This document shows, one piece after another, positions 1 to 11,159 of a stretch of 64,000 nucleotides of DNA. The DNA is taken from the NCBI RefSeq assembly GCF_009914755.1, contig NC_060945.1; one strand, 5' to 3'. Numbering within the stretch: the first letter of the stretch is position 1; each line of letters begins with the position of its first letter. The notes beneath the pieces were generated by a model that was given only the letters and a program-made list of their open reading frames with translations, made no database searches and had not been told where the DNA came from. The position numbers were made by a program, and so were the translations under genes. Source of the DNA: the human T2T-CHM13v2.0 reference genome, Homo sapiens.

Positions 1-495
1 TCTTTCCAGGTTTGGAGTTTAAAAAATGTTTACAGTAAATATATATTATTTTATGCTACCATTTTAATTCAATATTTTAAATCAGTGACAAACTACTGGT
101 CCCTTTCCATCAAGTAAGATATACAAAAGTTAAAATATTTATTGATATGTTAAATATATTCAAGAATATTAATGTTGCCTAAAGAAAAAATAATATGAAC
201 AGAAGATCCTCAATGTACATGGCAGAAGAAATTTTAATTTAATATTCTTTTATTATTTTCATTGGCAAGTTTATCCTTCCATGAAAATCAGTCCTTAAAC
301 TTTTCCATGCTTAGGTAAGAACTTTTGATTAAGTCATCTGAATTCACTTTCCTTTGGTTATTTTTGTAAAGCAGTTGTTTATTTTGATTTTTATTTGAAT
401 TGCTACCTAACCTATTTACCAAGATAGACTGTAGCTAAGCAGATGATGTAGATTTTTGTCCTTGGCTCTGATAACTCTTTGAAATATATTAGCCC

Positions 496-1852
496 ACAAT
501 AATCAAAACAGCATGGTTCTGGTACCAGAACAGACATATAGACCAATGGAACAGAACAGAGGCCTCAGAAACAGCACCACACATTTACAACCATCTGATC
601 TTTGACAAACCTGACACAAACAAGCAATGGGGAAAAGAATCCCTATTTAATAAACAGTGTTGGGAAAACTGGCTAGCCATATGCAGAAAACTGAAACTGG
701 ACCCCTTCCTTACATCTTATACAAAAATCAACTCAAGATGGATTAAAGACTTAAACATAAGACCTAAAACCATAAAAATCCTAGAAGAAAACCTGGGCAA
801 TACCATTCAGTACCTAGGCATGGGCAAAGGCTTCATGTCTAAAACACCAAAATCAATGGCAACAAAAGCCAAAATTGACAAATGGTATCTAACTAAACTA
901 AAGAGCTTCTGCACAGCAAAAAACACTATCATCAGAGTGAACAGGCAACCTACAGAATGGGAGAAAATTTTTGCAATCTACCCATCTGACAAAGGGCTAA
1001 TATCCAGAATCTACAAAGAACTTAAACAAATTTACAAGAAAAAAACAACCCCATCAAAAAGTGGGCAAAGGATATGAACAGACACTTCTCAAAAGAAGAC
1101 ATTTATGCAGCCAACAAACATATGAAAAAATGCTCATCATCACTGGTCATTAGAGAAATGTAAATTAAAACCACAATGCAATACCATCTCACGCCACTTA
1201 GAATGGTGATCATTAAAAAGTCAGGAAACAACAGACGCTGGAGAGGATGTGGAGAAATAGGAATGCTTTTACTCTGTTGGTGGGAGTGTAAATTAATTCA
1301 ACCATTGTGGAAGACAGTGTGGTGATTCCTCAAGGATCTAGAACTAGAAATACCATTTGACCCAGCGATCCCATTACTGGGCATATACCCAAATGATTAT
1401 AAATCATTCTACTATAAAAACACATGCACACATATGTTTATTGTGGCACTGTTCACAATAGCAAAGACTTGGAACCAACCCAAATGTTCATCAATGATAG
1501 ACTAGATAAAGAAAATGTGGCACATATACACCATGGAATACTATGCAGGGACATGAATGAAGCTCAAATCATCACTCTCAGCAAACTATCACAAGAACAG
1601 AAGACCAAACTCCACATGTTCTCACTTAAAGTGGGAGGTGAACAATCAGAACACATGGACACAGGGAGGGGAACATCACACACTGGGGCTTGTCAGGAGG
1701 TGGGGGGCTAGGGGAGGGATAGAATTAGAAGAAATACCTAATGTAGGTGACAGGTTGATAGGTGCAGCAAATCACCATGGCATGTGTATACCTATGTAAC
1801 AAAACTGCACGTTCTGCACATGTACCTCAGAACTTAAAGTATAATAAAAAAA
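496..1852 (+). mobile_element. 5'-truncated L1 (L1PA7/8-like): ORF2 C-terminal remnant, 3'UTR and A-tail
   Basis: ORF 820-1077 ([22 protein letters not shown]...[32 protein letters not shown]) is L1 ORF2p. L1PA-type 3'UTR. Perfect 15-bp TSD GAAATATATTAGCCC at 481-495 and 1853-1867. Confidence 0.95.
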
Positions 1853-2059
1853 GAAATATATTAGCCCTTGATCCCTTCACAGAAGGAAAACAGTTCCTCC
1901 AACTTCTCAACCTATCTTAAATATTTGTTTCCCAACCAATTCAGTGCCTTTATATAAATAATACAAACACAATTTCTGTTAAACTTACGTAGCTTGCTGA
2001 CTTTGATAGTGACACTTATAGTACCTTTCAATGTATAAGTATTCATATACACATTTTAT

Positions 2060-2190
2060 TTCTCCTACTGTTTTATAAAGGGCTTCAGGGCAGAGATTTA
2101 CGCCTTCTAGTTTGTTTTATGCCTCATAAACCCAGAGAAGTATCTGGGACATAGAAAGTTGTATGTTGAATGTATTTGAGTTAAACTGAA
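2060..2190 (+). mobile_element. L2 3'-end fragment
   Basis: Degenerate L2 tail (...agggcagagat...tatctgggacatagaaag...tgttgaatg). Confidence 0.5.
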
Positions 2191-3424
2191 CTAATGAACT
2201 TCATGATGTCCAAAATCTAGTACCTCAGGCAGGAGGTGTTGCCCTATTCTTCAGCATAAACAGACAGTTACAGTTTGCCTACTAAAGGGAAACCTTAGGG
2301 AAAAGACATTTATTTCTCCTTGGCATGCTGTAAAAATCTAACCATCTGGCCCCATATCTCCCCCAACATGCTGTCCTATTAAAATGAAATATTTTTCCCT
2401 TCGGGTCCATGAACCAGAAAAGCAGCATCCTTAATTGTAAGACAGGGACGACTACCCATTAGCCATCTTGGCCCTGACATTCCCTTTTTCTCTACAGAAG
2501 ATTGTGTAAGATTTGAAGATAGAACTTAAAGCAAATGCAAGAGGTAGAAAGACTAGGCTCTGCCAATTAGTTATTTTAGTTTCTATTGGGGAAATAACTT
2601 GTTGGTAAGGATTTACTTAAACTGGGCATAAAATTATAATTGTTCTTAATAAAAAGAGGCATATATTAATATTAGAATATGGGTATATTCAAAGAACTTT
2701 GCAGCTACACCAGTAAACTCAGGTACAAAGCCTTCCTGTGTTCTCTACTCTTCTGCTCTGTCATCTGATGGTATGAAGCATGCCACAATGAGAAAATTAC
2801 CCTAACCTTTACCTGGCTTTCTTCTGGGAACACTATTTCAGACAGCTTCCCTTCAGTTCAAGAGCTTAAATCTACCTTTATATCCTCTCTCAAATTTAAT
2901 TTAATGTCTTCTTAATTCTTGTCTCTCTTTTTCTCACTTTTCCTTTTGTTTTACCTATTTTCTACCTCTAATTTCATCCCTGTTTTTAAATTCTAAAGAA
3001 TATCCTTTTGTGGAAATAGTAAATCTTTTTGTTTCTTTTGGGCTCAACTATTGATTTAATTTATTTTAAGTATTCTGGCCTACTGCTTTATTTTTCTCTA
3101 TAGCCAAACTAAGTATCTCAGATTTATTTCTTCTTCTTTATAAAAATGTTTATGCCTTTTACACTCATTATTTTCTATTTCAATTATGGGTAAAATTTGA
3201 ATAAACTCTCCTCTCCATATGACAGTTAATAAAAGTTAATGTTGATTTTATTTGTTATTTCTTGAATCTAAAGTTCCCAACAAAAATAAGATTTGATTTG
3301 TACATATGAACAACTTGCTCTCTGATAGGGTAGCACATAGAATTTTAAGATCCTTTAATTCTATATTTCTGTAAATGTTTCTCTAAATATAGCATGTATC
3401 TGATTTCTATGGAAAAATATGTTA

Positions 3425-3535
3425 ATGTGCATATTTCTGAGTCCCAAAACAAAGGATTCTGATTCAATAGGTAGGTCTCAGGTGGAGCCTAGAAGCTGAT
3501 GTTCTTTAATCAATATCTTGGGTCATTTTGATGAA
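3425..3535. mobile_element. MER5A-like hAT-Charlie fragment
   Basis: gattctgattcaataggtaggtctcaggtggagcctag resembles the MER5A core. Confidence 0.6.
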
Positions 3536-3694
3536 TATATGCCATGACAAAGACTAATCATGTATTACGACAAAATTGTTAGATGAAAACTCACATGCTT
3601 TCAATGAGTATTAATCACAGTATTCTGTGAGATTATCTATTTTATATAACATTTTCAGAGAGCCCTGGAAATATGGGGCGAGAATATGAAAAAG

Positions 3695-4499
3695 AGAAGT
3701 CCAAGTCAGAGCAATCAGGAAAGGGAAAGAAATAAAAGGCATCCAAATAGGAAAAAGTGCTCAACATCACTAATCATCAGAGAAATGCAAATTAAAACCA
3801 CCATGAGATTCTGTTGCACACCAGGCAGAATGGCTATGATAAAAAAGACAAAAAACAACAGATGCTGGCGAGGCTGTGGAGAAAAGGAATGCTTATGCAC
3901 TGTTTTTGGAGATGTAAATTAGTTCAGCTACTCTGGAAAGCAGTTTGGAGATTTCTTAAATCACTTAAAACAGAGCTGTCATTCAACCCAACAATCCCAT
4001 CACTGGGTGTATATACCCCCCAAAAAATAGATCTTTAGACCAAAAAGACACCACATGCACTTGTTGGTTCATTGTCATGTTATTTGCAATAGCAAAAGAC
4101 ATGAAACCAACCTAGGTGCTCATCAATGGTAGATTGGATGAAGACAATGTGGTACATATACACCATGGAATACTGTGCAGCCATAAAAAGAATGAAATCA
4201 TGTCCTTTGCAGCAACATGGATAGAGCTGGAGGCCATAATCTTAAGCGAATTAACAAAAGAACAGAAAACCAAATACTGCATTTTCTCACTTATAGGTGA
4301 GAACCAACATTGAGCACACATGGACACAAACGTGGGAACAATAGACACTGCAGTCTACAAGAGAAAAGATAGAGGGAGGGGTGTGTGTGTTGAAAACTAT
4401 GGGGTACTATGCTCACTACCTGGGTGCAATATATGTATGTAACAAACTTGCACATATACCGTCCGTATCTAAAATAAAGGTTGAAAATTTTTAAAATAT
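3695..4499 (+). mobile_element. Old primate L1 (L1PB/L1PA15-17-like) 3' fragment with a large internal deletion
   Basis: ORF2 peptides [19 protein letters not shown] and EIMSFAATWIELEAIILSELTKEQKTKY. 3' end ...tctaaaataaaggttgaa. Candidate 10-bp TSD TATGAAAAAG at 3685-3694 and 4500-4509. Confidence 0.9.
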
Positions 4500-4514
4500 T
4501 ATGAAAAAGGCAAA

Positions 4515-4830
4515 TTTATTCATACAACTATTTGATGAACATTATTGAGTGTCTGTAATATTCTAGGCCTTGGGGATATTGTAATTTTAAAAAGGCAAAA
4601 ACCCCTGCCCTCATGGAAGTTTAGTAAAGCAATAGACTATGAACAAGGTAAATTACTGACATATATAACATATTAGCTAGATAAAAATTCGAAAGAGATT
4701 TAAAAAAACAGGGAGAACAAATCAAGTGGCAGGGATTGAAATTTTAGGTTGGGAGGCTAAGGAAGGGTTCCTTGGGGTAGTGACTTTAGCATTAACATTG
4801 AAAAAAGTGAGCTTATCTCCTACAATACAG
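4515..4830 (-). mobile_element. L2 3'-end fragment
   Basis: ttattgagtgtct...ctaggccttggggatat...cccctgccctcatggaag matches the reverse L2 tail. Confidence 0.65.
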
Positions 4831-6169
4831 GGATCATATTCCAAATACATGGTAAAAAATACAACCTGGGTAAGCACAGACCTATCTGATGAATCAAAAT
4901 AGAGGCTGTTTTCACCTCATCCTCAATTCACCATCATCCTTTCTCTGACCTTCTCCCACCTCCTCTAAAGCTAGGTACCCTCATTTTGTCAGGTTTCTTT
5001 GGCCACAAGGAAAAGATTCCAATGAAGTTGTCATCACATAATTCACAGAATGAAACGGAAGCCACATCTACAGAGCAAGGCTCAGAAACAGACCAAGAAC
5101 CAGAGCATTGGGGACCATTTGACTCTCTTGTCAAAGCCCTGCCTCTTGTAGAAATAAACTGAATCATTATTTCCCAGTTTGTATGGCATTCATCTTCATA
5201 TCCACAGTCTACAGAGAGACAATCTGTCTGTGCACATGGCCCTTCCTTGGCTGTACTGTCACACAACAAGGAAGCACTAGGCAGGAGGAACAGCTTAAGC
5301 TTTTGTAGAGGCAGTACCTCTAGAAATAGAAACCCATCCAGAGCGTACACAACGCAGGCAGCTAATGTTCACTACGGTCATGATTCCTCCCAGCTCTGCA
5401 GACTCCACATCAATATCTACTAGCATCTGGTTTAATTTCCTTAGACCAATTTTTTTTTCTATTAGTATGTTTTATAAACTTTTCTGTCGTAATGAACTGG
5501 CAAATGTAATGAGTTTTACATCAAATACCTACTCTTACAATGAATCCCACTGACTGACTTAGGTTGGGAAACACATTTTTCTTTTCAGGATTTCTTTAGC
5601 TGTGTAGCTGGGCTGGAAGGCTGCGGTTGGCTGAAGGCCGACTCCTGTGATTGACGGAAAGGAAACAGCCATTGAAAGAGGAGGAGCAAGAAAATTGGCA
5701 CTAGTTGCCTACTTAAAGCTAAAAATTAGAAAAATAAATTAATAAGAACTTTCAAAATGTGTACATGATCTTTTTTTATTGACTAGAAAACTTCATTTTT
5801 TGAAACTTTGTGCAGTTTGTTTTTCGTAACAGTTTTCTGATCTCAGTGACCTCTTCTTTCTCTGCAGTCGACTTTGTGGAAAGCCTGATCCGGTTCCCAC
5901 AGGAGCTTATGCAGCAGTGGCATTTGCAGTAGGTGGTGACGGTATTTCTAAAAATTTCTGTCTGTGCTGGAAAATAAGACATCGGCACTGACATTTCCAA
6001 TTTGAGAACAATTGTGCTTCATTAATTCTGTATTATAAATGCCACTCCTGGATTTGGTTTTCTTTGATTTTTTTCTGATCCATTCATTTCAATAATACTC
6101 TTTTCTATAGAACTATCTCATCTTTATTTTTGGTTGTTTATGCTGGTATCTTTCCACAGACCCTTTTTT

Positions 6170-6277
6170 GTGATTGTATATTATTTAACTTATCTGTAGA
6201 AAGTAGTGATTGTATATTATTTAACTTATCTGTAGAAAGTAGTGATTGTATATTATTTAACTTATCTGTAGAAAGTA
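6170..6277. repeat. Perfect minisatellite, 3 x 36 bp (GTGATTGTATATTATTTAACTTATCTGTAGAAAGTA)
   Basis: Units at 6170-6205, 6206-6241 and 6242-6277 are identical. Confidence 0.97.
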
Positions 6278-6729
6278 TGAGTTGTGGTATTATACATTGT
6301 CTCTGCTTCGGGGTCACGGGCATGTGTTTTAGGTTTAAAAATGCTAATTTTTAATGCATTTATTCATAGTATTAGAATATAAAGGTGGTAAATCTAGGCT
6401 GAAATATAACTATTCTTGGGAAATGTATACATATTTCAATTTACTGATGTTGCAATCAAATAAGTAGTCTTTTTATTCAAACAAATGATTAGATAGAAAT
6501 ACTAAAATACAAAATATATATTTATAAATTGATTAATTTTGCCTCCCTACCTGAACACTGAGTCTTTCTATTTGAAATTGATGCCCATAACCTCTGAGGG
6601 GGATGGCAGATGTTGGGAATTCTTGAAGTACCAATGTGTTGACTTTGGAGATTCTGGAGGAAATTTTCTGTCCCTAATCATTTTTGTCCTTATTCTCTCC
6701 AGTAGCTGAGACCTGTGAGATTCTGACTC

Positions 6730-6892
6730 TCATCCCTAGCAGTGTGGACCGCAAAATCACTCTCTAGCGATTTGTTAGACGCCAAATATCTGAGCCTCAC
6801 TCAGAATGTTGTGAATCATAATATCTGGGTCTTAGTTTATACATTAAAAAAATCTCAGATGAATCTTGTGTTCACTAAAGTGTTGAAACTAT
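6730..6892. mobile_element. MER5-family DNA transposon fragment
   Basis: cagtgtggacc...ttgttagacgccaaatatctgagcctcac...cactaaagtgttgaaacta. Confidence 0.55.
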
Positions 6893-7379
6893 TTAAAAAT
6901 AGTCATCTTTCCCCATAATGATAGTATTCAAATGCCAAATTCAGGTATTTTCTCCCTGTCTCTGAAACCTATCATGAAAGTAATCTTAAAAACAGCCAAC
7001 ATATTGAGTAGTTGATTCAACATCAAGTCAGTCTTGTTATTCCCTTCTTGTCCTTTGGTGTCTCCAGACAGTATCCATTATGCCTTATAACCTGCCTAGT
7101 AACCTTGTCTCTGGAAAGCTTGGACTCAACCATGCAATTCCTGAGACTGCATTCCTCCTTATGGCCTAGCTCCTAGATATCTTTCTGTTTTTAATTCTTC
7201 ACCTACGCTCAGGTTAACTTTGTTGGAACAAGATACTTCAAGATTTGGCCAGAGTGCCATATATTATAGGAAGCACTCTTCAATCTCAGGCTGAGCAATT
7301 TGCTCCTTCTCTGAGGGCCCACCTATTCATTCCACCGAATCAACTTTGTTCACATTTGATTGCATTGCCAGTTGATTTT

Positions 7380-7520
7380 TAGGGTAGACTTTCTCACTGG
7401 ACAATGAATGGCCCTAGTGCTGGGATCTGGTATGAGTTCTTGCTTTCTTGGAGCCTAGGGACTACTTGGCACCCAGTAAGCACATCGCAAAGACTTGTTA
7501 CACTAAAAGGAATTGAGGCA
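7380..7520 (+). mobile_element. L2 3'-end fragment
   Basis: ...cttggcacccagtaagcacatcgcaaagacttgttacactaaa resembles the L2 tail. Confidence 0.45.
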
Positions 7521-9530
7521 ACTGGTTTCTGTGCCAGAGTCTAGTTATGAAGCAAGATCTGATCTATTTTGCCATCTAATTCTAATCTGAGCTCTTTGAT
7601 CATAACTTAACATATTGAAGAATAAAAGAGTCTCAGGACCATTTCGTTCTCTGACTAGATAATATTTACTTTAATATTTCAAAGAATTGAGAGCTCCCAT
7701 TTTCTTTAGATGTAACGACAGTCCATGATATAAAATAAACTAATTATTGTTGAAGTCTAATTTTCAATTTGAGTGAAAGAAAATGAGACTTAAAAAAAAT
7801 CTTTTTCAAGGCTCTGGCATAACAATAGTAATTATTTTCTTTTCACTGATTAAGTTAGAGAGCACTGACATTTTTGGTCTACAAATGAGCCTCAGGTGAG
7901 CACAACAGGTTTGAAAATAGTAATGTGATAATGGCTTCCAAAACAAACAGACATCTGAGTTTTCTTGAACTCTTATAAGTTCGCTATTCTGGAAATTCTG
8001 CATTTGGCTTGCCTAAAATGTGATATGTAAATTACAAAAGACAAGTTGAAGTTAATGCTGCATATTTCTCTTCTTTAAAACATATCTATGCTTACATGTG
8101 TCATCAAAATGAGGTATTGCAAGATAGTCCTATAACTAAACGTTAGCAATGAAAAGAATGTAATTGCAAAACCATGCTAATTACTTCTGTTTTTAAAACT
8201 ACCGAATGATTTATTATCTTACTAAGTATATTTTAATAATTAGATCTTCTAAAAATTTAAATTTAAATCTCTAATTTAGGGCAGTCTATATAATTCTGGT
8301 TGGAGTAAAACTAGTACAAAGTTTCAGAGAAAAATTTGGCAAAATGTATAAAAAGACAAGTATACACATTCTTATAAGTTCCTATCTATTGAGGTATCCT
8401 AAAATGTGTTCCATGATGGGAAAAGTTTTTGATAAACACATTTATTGCTGATTTTTAATTATTGTTCCAACAAGAAAAAAAAAATGAAAAGTTCAGCAGT
8501 TGAGTAAGATTACCACTCAGTGAAGGGTTTGTGGTTAGTATTAAATTTCTTTTAACGTCTTTTCTATCTTTTTGAAAACAGTTATGATGCAACATTTATT
8601 TCTTTGGCAATCAAAAACACGTAAAACAGCTTTACTATTTTATTTGAAAATATAATGAATTAACAGTTTACTGGAAGCAGTTTTTAATGAGTGGTTCTAT
8701 TAAGTACTAAAAATGTCCATAAATCACCATGTTAGGTGCTGTGTCTTGAGCAGTTGATTGATCTTTTAGAGTTAGCAGTTGTAGGGACAGCATAAACCAA
8801 ATCAATAAAGGTTTACTGGACATTATACCTAATACCAAGCTCCAGGATGTATTCGTAAGTCAGAAAAACCTACTCTTCCAAGAAATTACAACTCTTAGCT
8901 ACCTCCAAGTTACCTTTTCATTGCACAATAAGTCACACACACATTTTAATTATATATATTCAACAACTCGAAGAATGGTGGCTGTCAGTTTCATCCATAC
9001 TTCTTATGAAAGGGTATGTGTGAGACATAATAGAGAAATATATGTAGTTATCACAACATTCTGTGAAAGGGAATAATTTTCTTTTTCTTGGCAATAACAA
9101 ATGGGTCATATTCTATCTATGTCTCTCTGTCTTTGTCTATGTTTATCTATCTATCAATCTACCTATCTACTCATAAGAATTCTTGAAAGGACTCTGATTG
9201 GTAATATGTGCAAGTCTTTATAATCCAGAAACTATATTCAAACAGAATTTCACATGCAATCTGATATCCATTTTCTCACTCCCTTTAAAGATAACATCTT
9301 GTAATGTATGGGTTAAGAACATTATTTGTTTTCACTGAACCTATTAATTTGTCCTCTCCTTAGTACACTTCAACTTGGGTGGTTCTTTCTCTACCCCTGG
9401 GTCACAGTTTCACTGCTACTTACTGGTCACTCTAGTTTATTCAAACATTATTCTCCAGAATGATGTGCCCCTGGAAAACTATCCAGTAAGGAGAAGGGCT
9501 GAGGTGGGACTCCTCTTTTCCTTGTACCAG

Positions 9531-9570
9531 GTTATGCAGAGAGGCGTGTGTTTATTTCCCTACTAAAGAG
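9531..9570 (+). other. Candidate 40-bp (non-coding?) exon
   Basis: Acceptor ctcctcttttccttgtaccAG and perfect donor GAG|GTAAGT. No transcript evidence. Confidence 0.25.
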
Positions 9571-9799
9571 GTAAGTTAGTTATAAAGGAGAATGCTAAAG
9601 TGTATTTAAGGTCAAGAATGTTCTCTAGTGTCCCCTTCCCACCCTCTCATTTCGGATCTAGCATCCTTGGCTCTCCAGTTCAAACTTTCCTCACTAAAAT
9701 GCCATCTATTTCAAGTTCATCTGTGTCAATCTTCAGCACCTTTCTCCCAAAATTGGTTGCCATTGGGAAGTAGCTCTTGGCCCACACAAGTGATCAAAA

Positions 9800-10160
9800 C
9801 TGCAGGCCCTGGAACTCAAATATTTCTTTATTTTATTTGGCTGAGTCTATTTTTTAAAAAAGAAGAAACCAACGTTTCACAGTAAGAGAAATTTTAGATA
9901 AAAATCCGAGTATCTTGACTCTTGTAGAAAACCCAGAAACTCGGACAATAATTCACCAGAGTGGAGTAGGAGCTGGGTCCTGTTGATAGAGAAGTTGCTT
10001 CACTCATTTGTTTGCCCGTTTCCTAGAAGCATCTGGGTTTGAGACCTTTGCCAGGGACTCCTCCTCCTATCCATCTACATTAAAGTTACAACCATCCAGT
10101 TTGTACTGCTCCCTCTGCATTCAGACCTGGCGGTCACAGTGAATTTTAGTTTATGACCCA
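9800..10160. mobile_element. MER102-like hAT-Charlie remnant
   Basis: aaaaatccgagtatcttgactcttgtagaaaacccagaaactcggacaa and gggtttgagacc resemble recalled MER102. Confidence 0.35.
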
Positions 10161-10244
10161 AGTTAAAGAAAACATTGGAAGGAAAAGCAGGAAGAAAGGA
10201 AGGCCAGTTTACTCCTAGTGAGTGAAACTACTAATACATACATA

Positions 10245-10272
10245 AACACACACACACACATACACACACACA
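10245..10272. repeat. (CA)n microsatellite, interrupted
   Basis: Directly visible. Confidence 0.9.
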
Positions 10273-10697
10273 ACCTTCTAAGGGCTAAAATTAACATACA
10301 AAAGCCTAAGTAACAAAAAATTTTAGCAAGCCCCATTTTCGTTTCTTTTGTTTTTCATTTTGTTGCCTCCTGAAAAAGTGAAGCTGCTATATTTCCATTC
10401 CAGCCAAGCCTCCCTTAAGTTCTGTAGGTCTCCTCAGTCTCCCACTCAACCTCAGGGCTGGAGCTACAAGAAGATAATCGTTCAGCTACTTCCATTCTTT
10501 CATAATACATGTAAAAATATTTTTAATACCACACAAAATAAAGAATATAAAGTAAGGATAAAAGAACAGATTCAGATATAAAATCCTATTTCTTCTCATT
10601 ATGGAATTGGTAGAAAACGTTATATCTAAGTTTTCCTCTTGCTTTTTTAAGTGCCCCACCCTGCTCTTTCCTGAGGTTGATCTATGCTGGGATGTTA

Positions 10698-10799
10698 CTA
10701 GGTTGGTGCAAAAGTAATTGCAGTTTTGCCATTATTTTTAATTTAATTTAATCAATTATGTTTAATGGCAAAACAGCAATTACTTTTGCACCAACCTAA
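10698..10799. mobile_element. MADE1 (Hsmar1-derived MITE) with an expanded 28-bp AT spacer
   Basis: 36-bp inverted arms 10699-10734 (taggttggtgcaaaagtaattgcagttttgccatta) and 10763-10798, with one mismatch. Confidence 0.95.
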
Positions 10800-11149
10800 C
10801 AGCTTTTTATGCAAGGTCCTATTGCATAACATGTGCTGTGGATATGTTCTCAGGCTGTGTGTGCCATTGTTGACACTTCCCTTTCAGCATCAGGACTCTG
10901 CTATTGTTAAGGAGGTTTGTTTTCTCCAACAGCCTTGACAAAACGATGGCTTGCTGCGTTCATTATTCATCTGGGAGAGCTCCAGTTCTGTGTCTTGCAA
11001 ATCTGAGAGTTCAGCCGTGTGTGTCCAGCGCTTGTTTTTCTCTCTGTGCCCTGCACTGATGGGAAAGCAGGCTCCGCAGTCTCTAATGAAGAAGGGCAAT
11101 GTCCTGCTGGGTACAATGGAGAGAGAAAAATATCACAGGAACTGTAGCT

Positions 11150-11159
11150 CCATATAAGG
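11150..11159. promoter_or_regulatory. Canonical CArG box (CCATATAAGG), putative SRF site
   Basis: Exact CC(A/T)6GG in apparently non-repetitive sequence. Function unproven. Confidence 0.25.

Noticed and set aside
4934-5350. 138-aa minus-strand ORF in unique sequence
   Set aside because: Non-ATG start, no recognisable domain, Cys/Ser-rich composition typical of non-coding DNA, and no convincing splice sites.
6170-6277. 36-bp repeats as a CRISPR-like array
   Set aside because: Units are directly adjacent with no spacers, there are no cas genes, and the context is eukaryotic.
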